DNA of 24,000 bases, taken from positions 76,376 to 100,375 of the forward strand of contig JACKAZ010000006.1 in assembly GCA_020634795.1 (NCBI GenBank), in the 5' to 3' direction. Below are positions 22,774-24,000 of the stretch, piece by piece. This DNA comes from Ardenticatenales bacterium (GTDB lineage: Bacteria > Chloroflexota > Anaerolineae > Ardenticatenales > Ardenticatenaceae). The translations under genes were made by a program, and so were the position numbers. The notes under the pieces were generated by a model. It saw nothing but the letters and a program-made list of their open reading frames with translations, ran no database searches and had not been told where the DNA came from. How positions within the stretch are numbered: the first letter of the stretch is position 1; each line of letters begins with the position of its first letter.

Positions 22774-22800
22774 CGATTCGCGATTCGCAATTCGCGACTG
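22774..22800. repeat. tandem heptamer (CGATTCG) x3.5
   Basis: CGATTCG CGATTCG CAATTCG CGACTG. Confidence 0.88.
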
Positions 22801-22812
22801 AACCATCCACTC

Positions 22813-22845
22813 AAATGAAACAGACCCGTTTCATTTCTATTTTGG
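22813..22845 (+). terminator. AT-rich hairpin plus T-run, intrinsic-terminator-like
   Basis: AAATGAAAC-agaccc-GTTTCATTT (9-bp perfect stem) followed by CTATTTTGG. It lies 295 nt downstream of the transporter stop. Confidence 0.45.
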
Positions 22846-22907
22846 CAGTGAGAGCTCCAATTTTTGCGATTAGGGCTACGCTCCGACCAACCGACCGTTC
22901 CCCAAGA

Positions 22908-22935
22908 TTGACGATTATTCCCTTTACGCTAGTAT
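22908..22935 (+). promoter_or_regulatory. candidate hsdM promoter TTGACG-16 nt-TAGTAT
   Basis: -35 at 22908-22913 and -10 at 22930-22935, 58 nt upstream of the hsdM ATG. The -10 hexamer is the same as in the predicted nrdR promoter. Confidence 0.4.
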
Positions 22936-22992
22936 AGCCTTTACTTGCAAGCCTCGCCCGAACAGACCACACCCCTAGAAAACGACCCCCGC

Positions 22993-24000
22993 ATGGCCCT
23001 CAAGAAATCCCAGTTGTATCGTTCCCTTTGGCAGAGTTGCGATGAGCTGCGTGGCGGCATGGATGCCTCACAGTACAAGGACTATGTGCTGACGCTGCTC
23101 TTCATGAAGTACGCGACGGACAAGTACAAGGGGCAGCGCTACGCCCCCATCGAGGTGCCAGACAAGGGTGGCTTCGATGACATGGTAGCGTTGCGGGGCG
23201 ATAAGGAGATTGGCGACAAGATCAACAAGATCATCGCGCGCTTTGCCGAGGCCAACGACCTGAAGGGCGTGATTGACGTGGCCGACTTCAACGATGCGGC
23301 GAAGCTCGGCACGGGCAAGGAGATGCAGGATCGCCTCGCGCGGCTGGTGGCCATCTTCGAGGGCCTCGACTTTCGCCGCAACCGCGCCCACGGTGACGAC
23401 CTGCTGGGCGATGCTTACGAGTACCTGATGGCCCACTTCGCCCAGCAGTCGGGCAAGAGCAAGGGGCAGTTCTACACCCCCGCCGAGGTCTCGCGTATCA
23501 TGGCGGCGGTGGTTGGCATCGAGCGGGCGCGCGAGATGGATCAGCCGACGCTCTACGACCCCACCTGCGGCTCGGGATCGCTGCTCATCAAGGCGGCGGA
23601 TCGCGCCGCTACCCCCAAGTTGGCGCTCTACGGCCAAGAGAAGGATAGCGCGACGTGGGCACTGGCTCGCATGAACATGTTCATGCATGGCTACGCCAGT
23701 GCCGTGATTGAACGGGGCAATACCCTGACCTCGCCGCGCTTCTTGGAGGGCGACCAACTCAAAACCTTCGACTTCGCCCTAGCCAACCCTCCGTTCTCCG
23801 ACAAGGCGTGGTCTACTGGACTGGTGCCCGACAAGGATGACTACGCCCGTTTCGTGCGCGGCGTGCCCCCCACCAAAAATGGCGATTTCGCCTTCCTGCT
23901 GCACCTGCTCGCCTCGCTGAACAGCCGTGGCACGGGCGCAATCATCTTGCCGCACGGCGTCCTCTTTCGTGGCAACCGCGAGGCCGACATCCGTCGCCGC
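22993..24000 (+). CDS. hsdM: type I restriction-modification system methyltransferase subunit HsdM, N-terminal 336 aa (3' end outside the window)
   Basis: My own translation from ATG 22993 is open to the window end: MALKKSQLYRSLWQSCDELRGGMDASQYKDYVLTLLFMKY (HsdM N-terminal domain), GQFYTP, the SAM motif DPTCGSGS (23557-23580) and the catalytic NPPF (23785-23796). It is not in the ORF track because no stop is reached. Confidence 0.92.
   Translation, partial: MALKKSQLYRSLWQSCDELRGGMDASQYKDYVLTLLFMKYATDKYKGQRYAPIEVPDKGGFDDMVALRGDKEIGDKINKIIARFAEANDLKGVIDVADFNDAAKLGTGKEMQDRLARLVAIFEGLDFRRNRAHGDDLLGDAYEYLMAHFAQQSGKSKGQFYTPAEVSRIMAAVVGIERAREMDQPTLYDPTCGSGSLLIKAADRAATPKLALYGQEKDSATWALARMNMFMHGYASAVIERGNTLTSPRFLEGDQLKTFDFALANPPFSDKAWSTGLVPDKDDYARFVRGVPPTKNGDFAFLLHLLASLNSRGTGAIILPHGVLFRGNREADIRRR

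Overview
GC-rich (about 60-65%) bacterial chromosomal window. Positions 1-13336 hold a complete, tightly packed division/cell-wall (dcw) cluster on the + strand: murF (5'-truncated), mraY, murD, ftsW, murG, a CvpA-like membrane gene, murC, murB, ddl, ftsQ, ftsA, ftsZ. Five junctions are ATGA start/stop overlaps. A 1.18-kb non-coding gap follows (13337-14512). It contains inverted arrays of a 9-bp repeat, an AT-rich tract, a cluster of DnaA-box-like 9-mers, and a promoter overlapped by tandem NrdR boxes. Next comes nrdR-nrdJ. The class II ribonucleotide reductase gene is split at its catalytic TNP|CGE site by a 365-aa LAGLIDADG intein. Downstream are a tandem 90-bp double-hairpin element, a minus-strand DM13-domain lipoprotein with a Met/Asp/Glu-rich linker, and an SLC12/CCC-type cation:chloride cotransporter homolog. 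The 5' part of a type I R-M methylase (hsdM) runs off the right edge and is therefore missing from the ORF track. Nearly every intergenic spacer carries its own short tandem repeat (6-9 bp units), and some motifs are shared between loci. I see no complete new multi-gene system. The items most worth follow-up are the oriC-like DnaA-box/AT-rich module next to the nrd promoter, the inverted G-run repeat arrays, the spacer-specific tandem repeats, the 90-bp element and the intein. The gene content and order suggest a Chloroflexota-like or other Terrabacteria lineage, but that is a weak guess. All homology calls come from motif recognition by eye; no database search was run.
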